This document shows, one piece after another, positions 35,300 to 44,596 of a DNA stretch of 44,596 nt (the first letter of the stretch is position 1; every line of letters begins with the position of its first letter). The position numbers and the translations under genes were made by a program. The DNA comes from Vulcanimicrobiota bacterium. Its GTDB lineage: Bacteria; Vulcanimicrobiota; Vulcanimicrobiia; Vulcanimicrobiales; Vulcanimicrobiaceae. The stretch spans positions 1 to 44,596 of the forward strand of contig PLCF01000020.1 in NCBI GenBank assembly GCA_003135555.1, in the 5' to 3' direction. A model generated the notes under the pieces. It had not been told where the DNA came from. It was given only the letters and a program-made list of their open reading frames with translations, and did no database searches.

Positions 35300-36976
35300 A
35301 TGGTCACGGTCGACGCGCCGGCCGAGCCCGGCCTGGTCATTTTCGAGACCGCACCCGAACGCTATCGCCACTGGCGGCTGAGCGTCGAGGGGCGCGTCGC
35401 CACGCTCGCGCTCGACGTCGATGAAGACGCGGGGATCCGCCCCGGCTACAAGCTCAAGCTCAACTCCTACGATCTCGGCGTCGACATCGAGTTCCACGAC
35501 GCGCTCAACCGGATCCGTTTCGAGCACCCGCAGGTCGCGTGCGTCGTGGTGACCAGCGCCAAGGACCGCTCGTTCTGCGCCGGCGCGAACATCTACATGC
35601 TCGGCACGTCGTCGCACCACTGGAAAGTGAACTTCTGCAAGTTCACCAACGAGACACGCAACGGGATGGAAGATTCGAGCCGCCACGACGGGCTGCGGTT
35701 CGTCGCGGCGATCAACGGCGCGTGCGCCGGTGGCGGTTACGAGATCGCGCTGGCGTGCGACGAGATACTGATGGTCGACGACCGCTCGACCGCGGTCAGC
35801 CTGCCCGAGGTCCCGCTGCTGGGCGTGCTGCCCGGGACCGGCGGGCTCACGCGCGTGCTCGACAAGCGCAAGGTGCGGCGCGACCTCGCCGACCTGTTCT
35901 GCACCAACGCCGACGGCGTGCGTGCCGAGCGCGCGAAGGCATGGAAGCTCGTCGACGACGTCGCGCCGCCCTCGGAGTTCGCCGCGCTGGTACGCGAGCA
36001 CGCCGCCGCGCTCGCCGCGTCGTCGCCGCGGAGCGCCGATGCGCAGGGCATCGCGTTGCAACCGCTGGCACGCAGCATCGACGAGCACGGCTACCACTAC
36101 TCCACCGTCGACGTCACGTTCGAACGCGCGGCACGCCGGGCCACCATCACGGTGCGCGCGCCGGGCCAACCGCAACCCGACGCTGCCGATGCCATCGTCG
36201 CCGCCGGCGACGCATGGTGGCCGCTGGCGCTCGGGCGCGAGCTCGACGACGCGATCCTCATGCTGCGCACCAACGAGCCCGAGCTCGGCTTGATCGTCCT
36301 GCGTACGCAGGGCGATGCCGCAGCGGTGCTCGCCGTCGACCGCACGCTCTTGGCGCTGCGCGAGCACTGGCTGGTGCGCGAGACGATCGCCTTTTTGCGC
36401 CGCACGCTGGCCCGTCTCGACGTCACCTCGCGCAGCCTCTATGCGGTCATCGACCACGGTTCGTGCTTCGCCGGCACGCTGCTCGAGCTGGCGCTGGCGG
36501 CCGATCGCACCTTCATGCTCGCGCTGCCCGACGACGTCGAGGCGGGGCCGGCGATCGTGCTGGGCGAGGCCAACTTCGGCGCCTACCCGGTCGTCAACGG
36601 CCGCACGCGCCTGCAGACGCGCTTCGACGGCGAGCCCGCGACGGTCGAACGGCTGCGCGACCGGCTCGGACGACGGCTCGATGCGCAAGCGGCGCTCGAC
36701 GCGGGACTGATCACCGTCGCGCCCGACGATCTCGATTGGGACGACGAGATTCGCTTAGCGTTGGAGGAGCGCGCCTCGCTGTCACCCGACGCGCTGTCCG
36801 CGATGGAGGCGAACCTGCGCTTCCCGGGCGACGAAACGCTCGAGACGAAGATCTTCGGGCGCCTTTCGGCGTGGCAGAACTGGGTGTTCTACCGCCCCAA
36901 CTCCACCGGCGAGCGCGGCGCGCTCAAACTTTTCGGCAGCGGCACCAAGCCGCTCTTCGACCAGGAACGAGTGTAG
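35300..36976 (+). CDS. boxC: 2,3-epoxybenzoyl-CoA dihydrolase
   Basis: GGAG RBS; YRHWRL, GYKLKLNSYDLGVDIE, KVNFCKFTNETRN, tandem crotonase domains, FGRLSAWQNWVF. Confidence 0.95.
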   Translation: MVTVDAPAEPGLVIFETAPERYRHWRLSVEGRVATLALDVDEDAGIRPGYKLKLNSYDLGVDIEFHDALNRIRFEHPQVACVVVTSAKDRSFCAGANIYMLGTSSHHWKVNFCKFTNETRNGMEDSSRHDGLRFVAAINGACAGGGYEIALACDEILMVDDRSTAVSLPEVPLLGVLPGTGGLTRVLDKRKVRRDLADLFCTNADGVRAERAKAWKLVDDVAPPSEFAALVREHAAALAASSPRSADAQGIALQPLARSIDEHGYHYSTVDVTFERAARRATITVRAPGQPQPDAADAIVAAGDAWWPLALGRELDDAILMLRTNEPELGLIVLRTQGDAAAVLAVDRTLLALREHWLVRETIAFLRRTLARLDVTSRSLYAVIDHGSCFAGTLLELALAADRTFMLALPDDVEAGPAIVLGEANFGAYPVVNGRTRLQTRFDGEPATVERLRDRLGRRLDAQAALDAGLITVAPDDLDWDDEIRLALEERASLSPDALSAMEANLRFPGDETLETKIFGRLSAWQNWVFYRPNSTGERGALKLFGSGTKPLFDQERV

Positions 36977-36982
36977 CCAACC

Positions 36983-38407
36983 GTGTCGATCGACTATGCG
37001 GAGCGCATCCCCAACAACGTCGAGCTGGCGTCGAACCGCACCCTCCAGCGCGCGCTCGAGCACTGGCAGCCCGAGTTCTTGAACTGGTGGAAGGAGATGG
37101 GTCCGACCGACTTCAACGCGGCCGACGTCTACTTGCGCACCGCGATCTCGGTCGACGCCAAAGGCTGGGCCAACTACGGCTACGTGCGCATGCCCGACTA
37201 CCGCTGGGGGATCTTCTTGGCCGAACCCGAGCCGGATCGTCGCGTCGGCTTCGGCGACGATTTCGGCAAGCCGGTCTGGCAGCAAGTCCCCGGCGAGTAT
37301 CGCAGCGCGCTACGGCGGCTCATCGTGACTCAAGGCGACACCGAGCCGGCGTCGGTCGAGCAGCAACGGCTCCTCGGCCACACCGCGCCCTCACAGTACG
37401 ATCTGCGCAACTTGTTCCAGGTCAACGTCGAGGAGGGCCGTCACCTCTGGGCGATGGTCTACCTGCTGCACGCCTACTTCGGGCGTGACGGCCGCGAGGA
37501 AGCCGAAGAGCTGCTCGCGCGCCATTCGGGCGACGCCGACAAGCCGCGCATTCTGGGGACGTTCAACGAGCCGATCAACGACTGGCTGTCGTTCTTCATG
37601 TTCACCTTCTTCACCGACCGCGACGGGAAGTTCCAGCTCAAGTCGTTCGCGGAGTCGAGTTTCGATCCGCTCGCACGCACCTGCCGCTTCATGCTCACCG
37701 AAGAAGCGCACCACATGTTCGTCGGCGACACCGGCATCTCACGGGTGACGAAGCGCACGCTCGAAGTCATGCGCGAGCTGGGGACCGACGAGCCCGACGC
37801 GGTCCGGCGGGCAGGCGCGATCGACTTCCCGACGCTGCAGCGCTATCTGAACTTTTGGTTCAGCTCCTCGCTGGATCTGTTCGGCTCCGAAGCGTCGTCC
37901 AACGCGGCGGCCTATTTCGCCAACGGGATCAAAGGCCGCCCGGACGAGAAGAAATACGAAGACCACCTCGCGCGCGCGACGAGCGTCGAGCTCGACGTCC
38001 CCGACGGCAAGGGCGGCATCCGCGTCGAGAGCGTCCCGCTGCGCAACGCCATGAACGAGGTGGTGCGCAACTCCTACGTCGAGGACTGCATGCGCGGGCT
38101 GACGCGCTGGAACCGGCTCATCGAGGCCGCCGGCCACGGCTTTCGCTTCAGCCTGCCGAGCACGCGATTCCGGCGCACGATCGGGAACTGGGCCAACGTG
38201 CCGACCGACCCGGCGGGGCGGCCGATCTCGCAAGCGGAGTACGACGCCCAGATCGCGTCGTGGCTGCCCAGCGACGCCGATCGCGCGTTCATCGCGAGCT
38301 TGATGGTGCGCGTTGTCGAGCCGGGCAAGATGGCCGGTTGGATCGCGCCCCCCGAGAAGGGCATCAAAGACCGTTCCATCGACTACGACTACGTGCGGCT
38401 GGCCTGA
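36983..38407 (+). CDS. boxB: Benzoyl-CoA 2,3-epoxidase subunit B (di-iron)
   Basis: IPNNV, QGDTEPASVEQQ, EEGRH and EEAHH di-iron ligands, DRDGKFQL. Confidence 0.97.
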   Translation: MSIDYAERIPNNVELASNRTLQRALEHWQPEFLNWWKEMGPTDFNAADVYLRTAISVDAKGWANYGYVRMPDYRWGIFLAEPEPDRRVGFGDDFGKPVWQQVPGEYRSALRRLIVTQGDTEPASVEQQRLLGHTAPSQYDLRNLFQVNVEEGRHLWAMVYLLHAYFGRDGREEAEELLARHSGDADKPRILGTFNEPINDWLSFFMFTFFTDRDGKFQLKSFAESSFDPLARTCRFMLTEEAHHMFVGDTGISRVTKRTLEVMRELGTDEPDAVRRAGAIDFPTLQRYLNFWFSSSLDLFGSEASSNAAAYFANGIKGRPDEKKYEDHLARATSVELDVPDGKGGIRVESVPLRNAMNEVVRNSYVEDCMRGLTRWNRLIEAAGHGFRFSLPSTRFRRTIGNWANVPTDPAGRPISQAEYDAQIASWLPSDADRAFIASLMVRVVEPGKMAGWIAPPEKGIKDRSIDYDYVRLA

Positions 38408-38417
38408 CGCGTTGGCG

Positions 38418-38861
38418 GTGATACGCGGCCGCACGCACGTGACCCACACGCGCGTGCGCTTCGGCGAGACGGATGCGGCCGGGATCGTCTTTTACCCCAC
38501 CTTTTTTGCGTGGTTCGATCTGGGCGCGACCGGGCTGCTGCGAGCGGCGTTGGGCGAGCTGACCGGCGCGCACGGCCGCCCGCACTTTCCGGTGCCGATC
38601 GTCGAGAGCGGCGCCACGTTCGTCGCGCCGTTGCACTTCGACGACGCGATCGCGATCCGCTCGACCGTGGTCGAACTCGGGCGCAGCTCGTTTCGCCTTG
38701 AGCACGTGGTGCTCCGCGGCGAGGTCGAAGCGGCCCGCGGCTTCGAGGTGCGCGTGCTCATCCGCGCCGGCGAGCCCGGAAAGGTCGCCTCAGAGTCGAT
38801 GCCGCCGAACGTGCGCGACGCGCTGAGCGCCGATACGTCGACCGAGGACCGTGTGGGCTGA
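38418..38861 (+). CDS. Acyl-CoA thioesterase (4HBT/YbgC hot-dog fold)
   Basis: VRFGETDAAGIVFYP motif; directly after boxB. Confidence 0.85.
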   Translation: MIRGRTHVTHTRVRFGETDAAGIVFYPTFFAWFDLGATGLLRAALGELTGAHGRPHFPVPIVESGATFVAPLHFDDAIAIRSTVVELGRSSFRLEHVVLRGEVEAARGFEVRVLIRAGEPGKVASESMPPNVRDALSADTSTEDRVG

Positions 38862-38872
38862 CGAGGCCGCGG

Positions 38873-40330
38873 CTACGCCGGGCTGATGCTCTGCGGGTAG
38901 TTGAAGAGGTTGTTCGGGTCGAACCGCGTCTTCACCAGCCGCAGCTGCGCGGCGTTTTCACCGTAGTACCGCGCTTCCCAGTCGGTCAGGTTGAGATCGC
39001 AGTAGTTCCGGTAGCTCGCGTTCGTGCCGATGTGCGGGTCGATCGCCTCGAACGTGTCGCGCAGCCAGGTCTCCGAGCCCGGCGCATCCGCCGGATCGGT
39101 CCAGTAGGTTTGGTACTGCACGGTGTACGTCATGTCGCGGTGGACGAACGCCGACGCGTTCTTGTCCACATCGTTGATCGCCCCGCCGAACGAGTCGAAC
39201 TGCACGAAGCCCAGCGACGGCACGCCGGCGTGCAGCCGTTGCACGAGTGCATCGATCCCCGCCGCGTTCAGCTCGCCGCGGCCCAGGCTCGACGTATTCT
39301 TGTAGCTCTCGTGCGCCGCGTCGTCACCGCCGTCCGACTCGGCCGCGTCGAGCACCGACATCGTCTGCAGCGGCGAGACCGATCCGTTACGCGGCGGCGG
39401 CATCGGGTCGCCGTCGAGGAGTGCCGCCAGCTCCGCGCGCGTGTCGGGCTCGCTGCTGAAGCTTTGTCCGCTGACGTAGATCGAGGCGCCGCCCGCGCGG
39501 AACAGGAGCGTCGCGAACATATCGTTCGACGGCTGCCAGCGCGTGAAGCGCGCGACGAGCTCGCGCGTCGTGTCGTCGCTCGAAGGCCACCCATAGCTGA
39601 ACGTGGTGACCAGCCCGGTGACGGGAACGAGCTCGAACTCGAACTCGGTGACGACGCCGAAGTTTCCGCCGCCCCCGCCGCACGTTGCCCACAGCAACCC
39701 GTCCGGGTCGTTGCCGCGCGTCGCCTCTTGCGGCGCGCCGGTCCCGTCGACCATCCGCACGCGTACGAGCTTGTCGCAGAACATCCCGTACTTGCGGCTG
39801 ATCAGGCCGAACCCGCCGCCGGTGACCAGTCCGGCGACGCCCACCGTGCCGCAGCTCCCACCCGGGAGCGTGAACCCGCGATCGCCGAGCAGGTGGTACA
39901 GCGTGCGCAGCGGCGTCCCCGGACCGACCACCGCGGTCTTGGCGTCCGCCGCGATGCGCACAAAATTGAGCCGGCTCGTGTCGATCACCAGACCACCGTC
40001 GTTGTTCGAGAACCCTTCGTAGTCGTGCGCGCCGCTGCGCATGCAGACTTGCCGGCCGTTCGCGATCCCGTATCGCACCGCGTTGACCACGTCGGTCTCG
40101 CCGTAGCAATAGACGACCTCCGCGGGGTGGAAGTCGAGCCGCGCGTTGTAGTTCTGCCGCGCGAGCTCGTACTCGTCGCCCGCAGAAGAGGTAACCACAT
40201 GCCCGCTCAACACGGCGGGCGCAACGGCCGTGGGCGCGCTCGGCGCAGCTACGGCGGCGGCGGCTACGAGAGGGGTTTGTCCTGTGCCCGGCTTGGGGAT
40301 CGGTTCGGTTCGTACGTGTGTCGCCCACAT
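38873..40330 (-). CDS. FAD-binding oxidoreductase, berberine-bridge-enzyme-like
   Basis: RSGAHDYEG (flavinylated His), GSCGTVG (Cys), GGGNFG, C-terminal YRNY...YYGEN...K..FDPNNLF. Confidence 0.9.
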   Translation of the reverse strand: MWATHVRTEPIPKPGTGQTPLVAAAAVAAPSAPTAVAPAVLSGHVVTSSAGDEYELARQNYNARLDFHPAEVVYCYGETDVVNAVRYGIANGRQVCMRSGAHDYEGFSNNDGGLVIDTSRLNFVRIAADAKTAVVGPGTPLRTLYHLLGDRGFTLPGGSCGTVGVAGLVTGGGFGLISRKYGMFCDKLVRVRMVDGTGAPQEATRGNDPDGLLWATCGGGGGNFGVVTEFEFELVPVTGLVTTFSYGWPSSDDTTRELVARFTRWQPSNDMFATLLFRAGGASIYVSGQSFSSEPDTRAELAALLDGDPMPPPRNGSVSPLQTMSVLDAAESDGGDDAAHESYKNTSSLGRGELNAAGIDALVQRLHAGVPSLGFVQFDSFGGAINDVDKNASAFVHRDMTYTVQYQTYWTDPADAPGSETWLRDTFEAIDPHIGTNASYRNYCDLNLTDWEARYYGENAAQLRLVKTRFDPNNLFNYPQSISPA

Positions 40331-40401
40331 ATCGGCGCCGTTCGCTTGGCTTGCTCCGAATCCCGCACCGGAGCGCAGCCTCCGAACGCGAACCTCGCGC
40401 C

Positions 40402-41208
40402 ATGCCGCTCGACCCGTCGCTGCTGTTGTTCGTCCCCGCCGACCGCCCGGAACGCTTCGGCAAGGCGCTCGCCTCAGGCGCGACCGGAGCGATTCTCGAC
40501 CTCGAGGACGCCGTCGCGCCCGACCGCAAAGCGTATGCCCGCGAGCAGGTCCGCGCGTTCCTCGATGCGAGCTCCGACCTCGCCCGCGTCGCGGTGCGCG
40601 TCAACCCGGCGGACACGCCCGACGGCCGCGCCGACTTGGCGATGCTGGCCGCCGCGCGGCCGATCGGCGCCGTGGTGATCCCGAAGGTCGGCGACGTCAC
40701 GGGCTGCGCGAGCGTCACTGACGCGATCGGCGCCATCCCGCAGATCGTGATCGTGGAATCCGCGCGCGGCGTGGTCGCGTGCGAATCGATCGCCGCCGCG
40801 CCGCACGTGCTCGCACTGGCGTTCGGACCCTACGATTTGGCCGCCGAGCTCGGCGGCGTCGCCGACGCCGACGTGATGGACCCGCACCGGGCGCGCGTGC
40901 TCGTCGCGGCCCGCGCCGCGGAGCGCTGGGCGCTCGACGGCCCGTCGCGCGAGTACGGTGACGCATCGATCCCGGCGCGTGACGCCGAGCACGCGCGCCG
41001 GCTGGGGTACGACGGCAAGCTGTTGATCCATCCCGCGCAGATCGCACCGGTGCGCGCGGCGTTCGCGCCGACGGACGACGAGGTTGCCTACGCGCGGCGC
41101 ATCGTGGAAGCCGCGCAACGGTCGAACCCGGCGGTGCTCGACGGCACGATGATCGATCCGCCGATCGTCATCGCCGCACAACGCATCCTGCGCCGCGCCG
41201 GCGGCTAG
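40402..41208 (+). CDS. HpcH/HpaI aldolase / citrate lyase beta (CitE)-like CoA ester lyase
   Basis: LFVPADRPERF, DLEDAV, VRVN, ES..GV, FGPYDL, GKLLIHPAQI, MIDPP. Confidence 0.9.
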   Translation: MPLDPSLLLFVPADRPERFGKALASGATGAILDLEDAVAPDRKAYAREQVRAFLDASSDLARVAVRVNPADTPDGRADLAMLAAARPIGAVVIPKVGDVTGCASVTDAIGAIPQIVIVESARGVVACESIAAAPHVLALAFGPYDLAAELGGVADADVMDPHRARVLVAARAAERWALDGPSREYGDASIPARDAEHARRLGYDGKLLIHPAQIAPVRAAFAPTDDEVAYARRIVEAAQRSNPAVLDGTMIDPPIVIAAQRILRRAGG

Positions 41209-42428
41209 GACGCTGCGCCGAATGCGCCCGCCGCGCGCAGCGCGGTGATTCGCGCGGCGTCGTAGCCGAGCAGTTCGCGCAAGACCGGCTCGGTGTGTTC
41301 GCCGAGTTGCGGCGCGCGGCGGTGCTGCGCGGGGGACTCGCCCACGCGTACCGGGCTGGCGATCCACCGCGCGGCGCCGAACGCTGGGTGCTCCGTTTCG
41401 GCGACGAGTCCGCGCGCCGCGGTCTGCGGATCGGCCAGCGCGGCGCGCACGTCGTTGATCGGCCCGCACGGGATACCGGCGGCGGTGAGCGCGCCGACCC
41501 AATGCTGCGTCGGCTTCGTCGCCAACACGTCCTGAAGGGTGGACACGACCAGGTCGCGATTGGCGCGGCGCGCGGCGAATCCCGCGAAACGCGCGTCGTC
41601 GCGGACGTCTTCGATTCCGAGCACGTCGACGAGCCGCTGCCAGAACTTCTCCTTGGCGCAGACGACGACGATCCAACCGTCGGCGGTGCGAAAGTTTTGG
41701 AACGGGACGATCGACGGATGGGCCGAGAACGGCAACCGCTCCGGTTCGTAGGCGCCGTCGGGCGCCAGCGCCCACGCCGCCACGTAGGTCAGCATGCTCA
41801 TCGCGGTGTCGAACAACGCCGTATCGCAGTCGCAGCCGATGCCGTCGCGGCGAGCGGCGTGCACCGCGGCCAGAAGCGCCAGCGCGGCGACGAGGCCGCC
41901 GCTGTAGTCGACCAGCGAGAGTCCGGACTTCGTGGGCGGCCCAGCGGGCTCGCCCGTCAGTGACTGCCAGCCGGCCAGGCCTTGCACGATGTAGTCGTAG
42001 GCGGGCTCGGCCCGGCGCGGCCCCGTCATCCCGAATCCGGAGAGCGAGACGCAGACGATCTGCGGTTTGACGTGGGCCAGATCCGCATAGCGCAAGCGCA
42101 GCTTTTCGGGCACGTCGCCGCGCAAGTTCGAATACACCGCGTCGCTGACGCGCACGAGGTCTTCGAACACCGCGCGACCCGACCGGTTGGTGAGATCGAG
42201 CGCGACGCTGCGCTTGTCGTGGTTGAAGGCTTCGAAGAACAAGGAGTCGGTGCCGGCTTGGTACGGCGGCACCGCCCGCCCGACGTCGCCGCCGCTGCGC
42301 ACGTCCTCGATCTTGATGACATCCGCGCCGAGCTCGGCGAGGTGCACGGTTCCGAACGGCCCGGCGCCGTACTGCTCGACGGCGAGGACGCGGACGTCGG
42401 CGAGCGGACGGGGACGAGCATCGGGCAT
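41205..42428 (-). CDS. CaiB/BaiF family III CoA-transferase
   Basis: AGPFGT..LAELGADVIKIE, NHDKRSVALDL, SLSGFGMTGP, AYDYIVQ, APQLGEHT. Confidence 0.9.
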   Translation of the reverse strand: MPDARPRPLADVRVLAVEQYGAGPFGTVHLAELGADVIKIEDVRSGGDVGRAVPPYQAGTDSLFFEAFNHDKRSVALDLTNRSGRAVFEDLVRVSDAVYSNLRGDVPEKLRLRYADLAHVKPQIVCVSLSGFGMTGPRRAEPAYDYIVQGLAGWQSLTGEPAGPPTKSGLSLVDYSGGLVAALALLAAVHAARRDGIGCDCDTALFDTAMSMLTYVAAWALAPDGAYEPERLPFSAHPSIVPFQNFRTADGWIVVVCAKEKFWQRLVDVLGIEDVRDDARFAGFAARRANRDLVVSTLQDVLATKPTQHWVGALTAAGIPCGPINDVRAALADPQTAARGLVAETEHPAFGAARWIASPVRVGESPAQHRRAPQLGEHTEPVLRELLGYDAARITALRAAGAFGAAS

Positions 42429-42437
42429 CGGGCATCC

Positions 42438-43958
42438 TTACACGAAAGCGCGCACGTCCTTCCAAACCTCGGGGAACGGCTTGCGGATCCCGCGGCAGAT
42501 CGCGATGGGGAGGTGCTGCTCCCACCCGATCCCCCAGCGCGAGATGAACGTGGTGACGATCGTTCGGCTCGCATACAGATGCCGTGAGGCGAAGCACGAC
42601 CCGCCGACCTGCACCAAGATGTTGCCGCTGTAGCCCTTCGTCCCCCAAAGCCAATACTGGTTGTGGGTGCTGATCACCGGCACGCCGGGGGTGAAGAACT
42701 CGATCGCCGACGCCGTACCGTAGTTGTCGGCAAGCACCACTGCCTGCGCGCGGTCCTGTGGCGAGAGCCCGTCGTAGACGTGCTGCACGGCGGCGGCCAA
42801 CTCGGGCCAACCGTGCATGTCGGCCCAGTCGCCGGGCAGCTTCGAGGTCTCGCGTTCGTGCTCGGTCGCCAACGCGCCGCGCAGGTGCAAGACCGCGTTC
42901 ACCTTGGCCTCGTAGGCAACGAAGGTGTCCTCGGGTAGCACCGGGAGCGCGAACGGCACGAACGCGAGTCCAAGGACGAGCGCATACGCGACCATGGCAG
43001 TTCGCGCGGTCCGCCGCCCTTGCGTCCAGGCTTCGAGCGGAACGGCGCCGGCGGCGATGAGGATCGGATAGACGGCGGCGGGATAGTAGTGCTTGCCGTG
43101 CAGTACGATCATCTCGGCGATCACGATGACGTACGCGAACGCCAGGAATCGAAACGCCGCGCTTCGGACCAGCCAGACCAGTCCGATCATCCACACCGGC
43201 GCGAGGAACGGCATCGTGATGACGATCTCCTGAACCACGTAGAGCACCGGTGAAGCGATGATGTTCTTTCCGTTCTGGCCGTTGTGCAGGAGCTCGAGCA
43301 TCGGGAAGCCGTGCTGCCACTGCCACACGAAGTTCGGCAACGCGATCAGCACCGCGACCGCGCAGCCTAGCGCGAACCAGCGCGTGAACAGGATGCGCCG
43401 CGCCGGCGTCAGCAGCAACCCGGCGAGGATCGCAGCCAGGAAAAAGATGACGCTGTACTTGCTTTCCAGCGACACGCCGGCCGCAGCGCCGGCGGCGAGC
43501 CACCAGCGCGGATCGGCGCCTTTGCTCAGGCGGACGACGAGCAGCGCGATGAGCGGCCACGTCCACAATCCGACTTCATCGGTCCCGACCTTGCCGCCGA
43601 AGGCGGCCGAGACGCCCGTGAAGAGCACGACAACCGCGGCGAAGGACTGCGCGAAAACGCCGCCGCCGAACTCGGTGACCAGCCGGCACGTCGCGAACGC
43701 GGCGGCAGCCGCAAACAGCGCCGGAACCGCCCGCAGCAGCACCAGCGAATGCCCGAAGAGCTGCGTCCCCGCCGACATGAGCGGGACGAGCGGCGGCTGG
43801 TCGACGTAGCCCCAGTCGGGATGAAAGCCGCAGATGATGAAGTACAGCTCGTCGCGGAAGTACCCGTAGTGCGGGTTCGCCGCGAGGTGGAACACAAAGG
43901 TCGCCGCGGCGGCCAGCCAGGGGACACTGCGAAGGGCGCGGTCGGGCGCGGTCGTCAT
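42438..43958 (-). CDS. GT39/ArnT-like membrane glycosyltransferase
   Basis: YFRDELYF, WGYVDQPPL, many TM helices, KHYY, HNQYWLWG. Confidence 0.85.
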   Translation of the reverse strand: MTTAPDRALRSVPWLAAAATFVFHLAANPHYGYFRDELYFIICGFHPDWGYVDQPPLVPLMSAGTQLFGHSLVLLRAVPALFAAAAAFATCRLVTEFGGGVFAQSFAAVVVLFTGVSAAFGGKVGTDEVGLWTWPLIALLVVRLSKGADPRWWLAAGAAAGVSLESKYSVIFFLAAILAGLLLTPARRILFTRWFALGCAVAVLIALPNFVWQWQHGFPMLELLHNGQNGKNIIASPVLYVVQEIVITMPFLAPVWMIGLVWLVRSAAFRFLAFAYVIVIAEMIVLHGKHYYPAAVYPILIAAGAVPLEAWTQGRRTARTAMVAYALVLGLAFVPFALPVLPEDTFVAYEAKVNAVLHLRGALATEHERETSKLPGDWADMHGWPELAAAVQHVYDGLSPQDRAQAVVLADNYGTASAIEFFTPGVPVISTHNQYWLWGTKGYSGNILVQVGGSCFASRHLYASRTIVTTFISRWGIGWEQHLPIAICRGIRKPFPEVWKDVRAFV

Positions 43959-44037
43959 GAACCGAGTTGTAGCGTACCGGATGCGGCTGCGGCAACGCAT
44001 CCGAGGCGAGCGGGACGCAACGCGTGACGAGCGGGCG

Positions 44038-44595
44038 TCAGCGCAACAGGTCGGGGCGCTTGGCGGCGTAGCGCCGGCTCCACGCGATCTCGGTCCCGTC
44101 GCGCAGCAGCAGCTTCTGGTCGCCGTGGAACCACGGATGGACCTCGACGATCTCGTCGATGTTGACGACGTGCGACCGGTGCACGCGGGCGAACTGCGCC
44201 GGATCGAGGCGCTCCTCCAGCGATTCCAGCGTCGCGCGCAGCGCGTAGGTCCGGCGGCGGGCGTGAACGATCACCTCGTTGCGGTCGGCTTCGAGCCGCA
44301 CGACCTCGCGCACGGGAAGGTAGAACGAGCGCTCTCCATCGGGCAACAGCAGCCGGCGGGCGAACCCCGTCTCGCCGCGCAAGCGCGCGATCAGCTCGGC
44401 GACGTGGGCGCTGGTCTCGCCTACAAGCGGCGCCGAGACGGCCGCGCGCGCGCGGAGCAGCGTGCGGTCGAAGCGCGTTCGGTCGAACGGTTTGAGCAGA
44501 TAGTCCAGCGCGTCGAGCTCGAACGCGCGCACCGCATGGCGGTCGAAAGCGGTTACGAAGACGATCCTTGGCGCGTCCTCCTGCGCGGCGAGCGC
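44038..44595 (-). CDS. LytR/AlgR family response regulator (5' end outside the window)
   Basis: IVFVTAFD..AVRAFELDALDYLLKPFD receiver end; LytTR motif FARVHRSHVVN. Confidence 0.92.
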   Translation of the reverse strand, partial: ALAAQEDAPRIVFVTAFDRHAVRAFELDALDYLLKPFDRTRFDRTLLRARAAVSAPLVGETSAHVAELIARLRGETGFARRLLLPDGERSFYLPVREVVRLEADRNEVIVHARRRTYALRATLESLEERLDPAQFARVHRSHVVNIDEIVEVHPWFHGDQKLLLRDGTEIAWSRRYAAKRPDLLR

Positions 44596-44596
44596 C

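Noticed and set aside
38873..40330. BBE-like flavoprotein as a BoxA substitute
   Set aside because: It has an oxidase-type covalent-FAD fold without FeS or NADPH-binding motifs, and it is on the opposite strand.
40474..43566. 1030-aa minus-strand ORF and other long Arg/Ala-rich ORFs (e.g. 26741-29233, 35539-37488, 29693-31480)
   Set aside because: Shadow frames of real genes in high-GC DNA; no family motifs.

Overview
High-GC bacterial chromosomal window, densely coding (about 45 CDS). The gene content is reminiscent of Eremiobacterota/Vulcanimicrobiota, but that is inference only. It contains an ECF sigma/anti-sigma/serine-hydrolase module, several secreted proteins, a heavily frameshifted Co-type nitrile-hydratase-like pair next to a metallothionein, a thiolase/SDR/racemase cluster, phaC, an OatA-like acyltransferase, and an aerobic benzoyl-CoA (box) cluster (benzoate-CoA ligase, boxR, boxC, boxB, thioesterase; no boxA). 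The main find is a complete 2,821-bp IS1595-family element (31309-34129; 28-bp imperfect TIRs, 8-bp ATTATAAT target duplication). It is inserted in the centre of a palindromic BoxR-type operator/-10 box between the divergent ligase and boxR genes. Its minus-strand cargo is a NYN/PIN-fold nuclease gene preceded by a short promoter-hairpin-terminator RNA candidate, two small ORFs, helically phased GGGGACA repeats, and a 72-nt non-canonical tRNA-like gene (perfect cloverleaf, Gln CTG anticodon arm, non-Gln acceptor end, altered D and T loops). This may be a mobile nuclease plus tRNA-decoy/RNA-antitoxin module. All calls come from reading the sequence; no searches were run.
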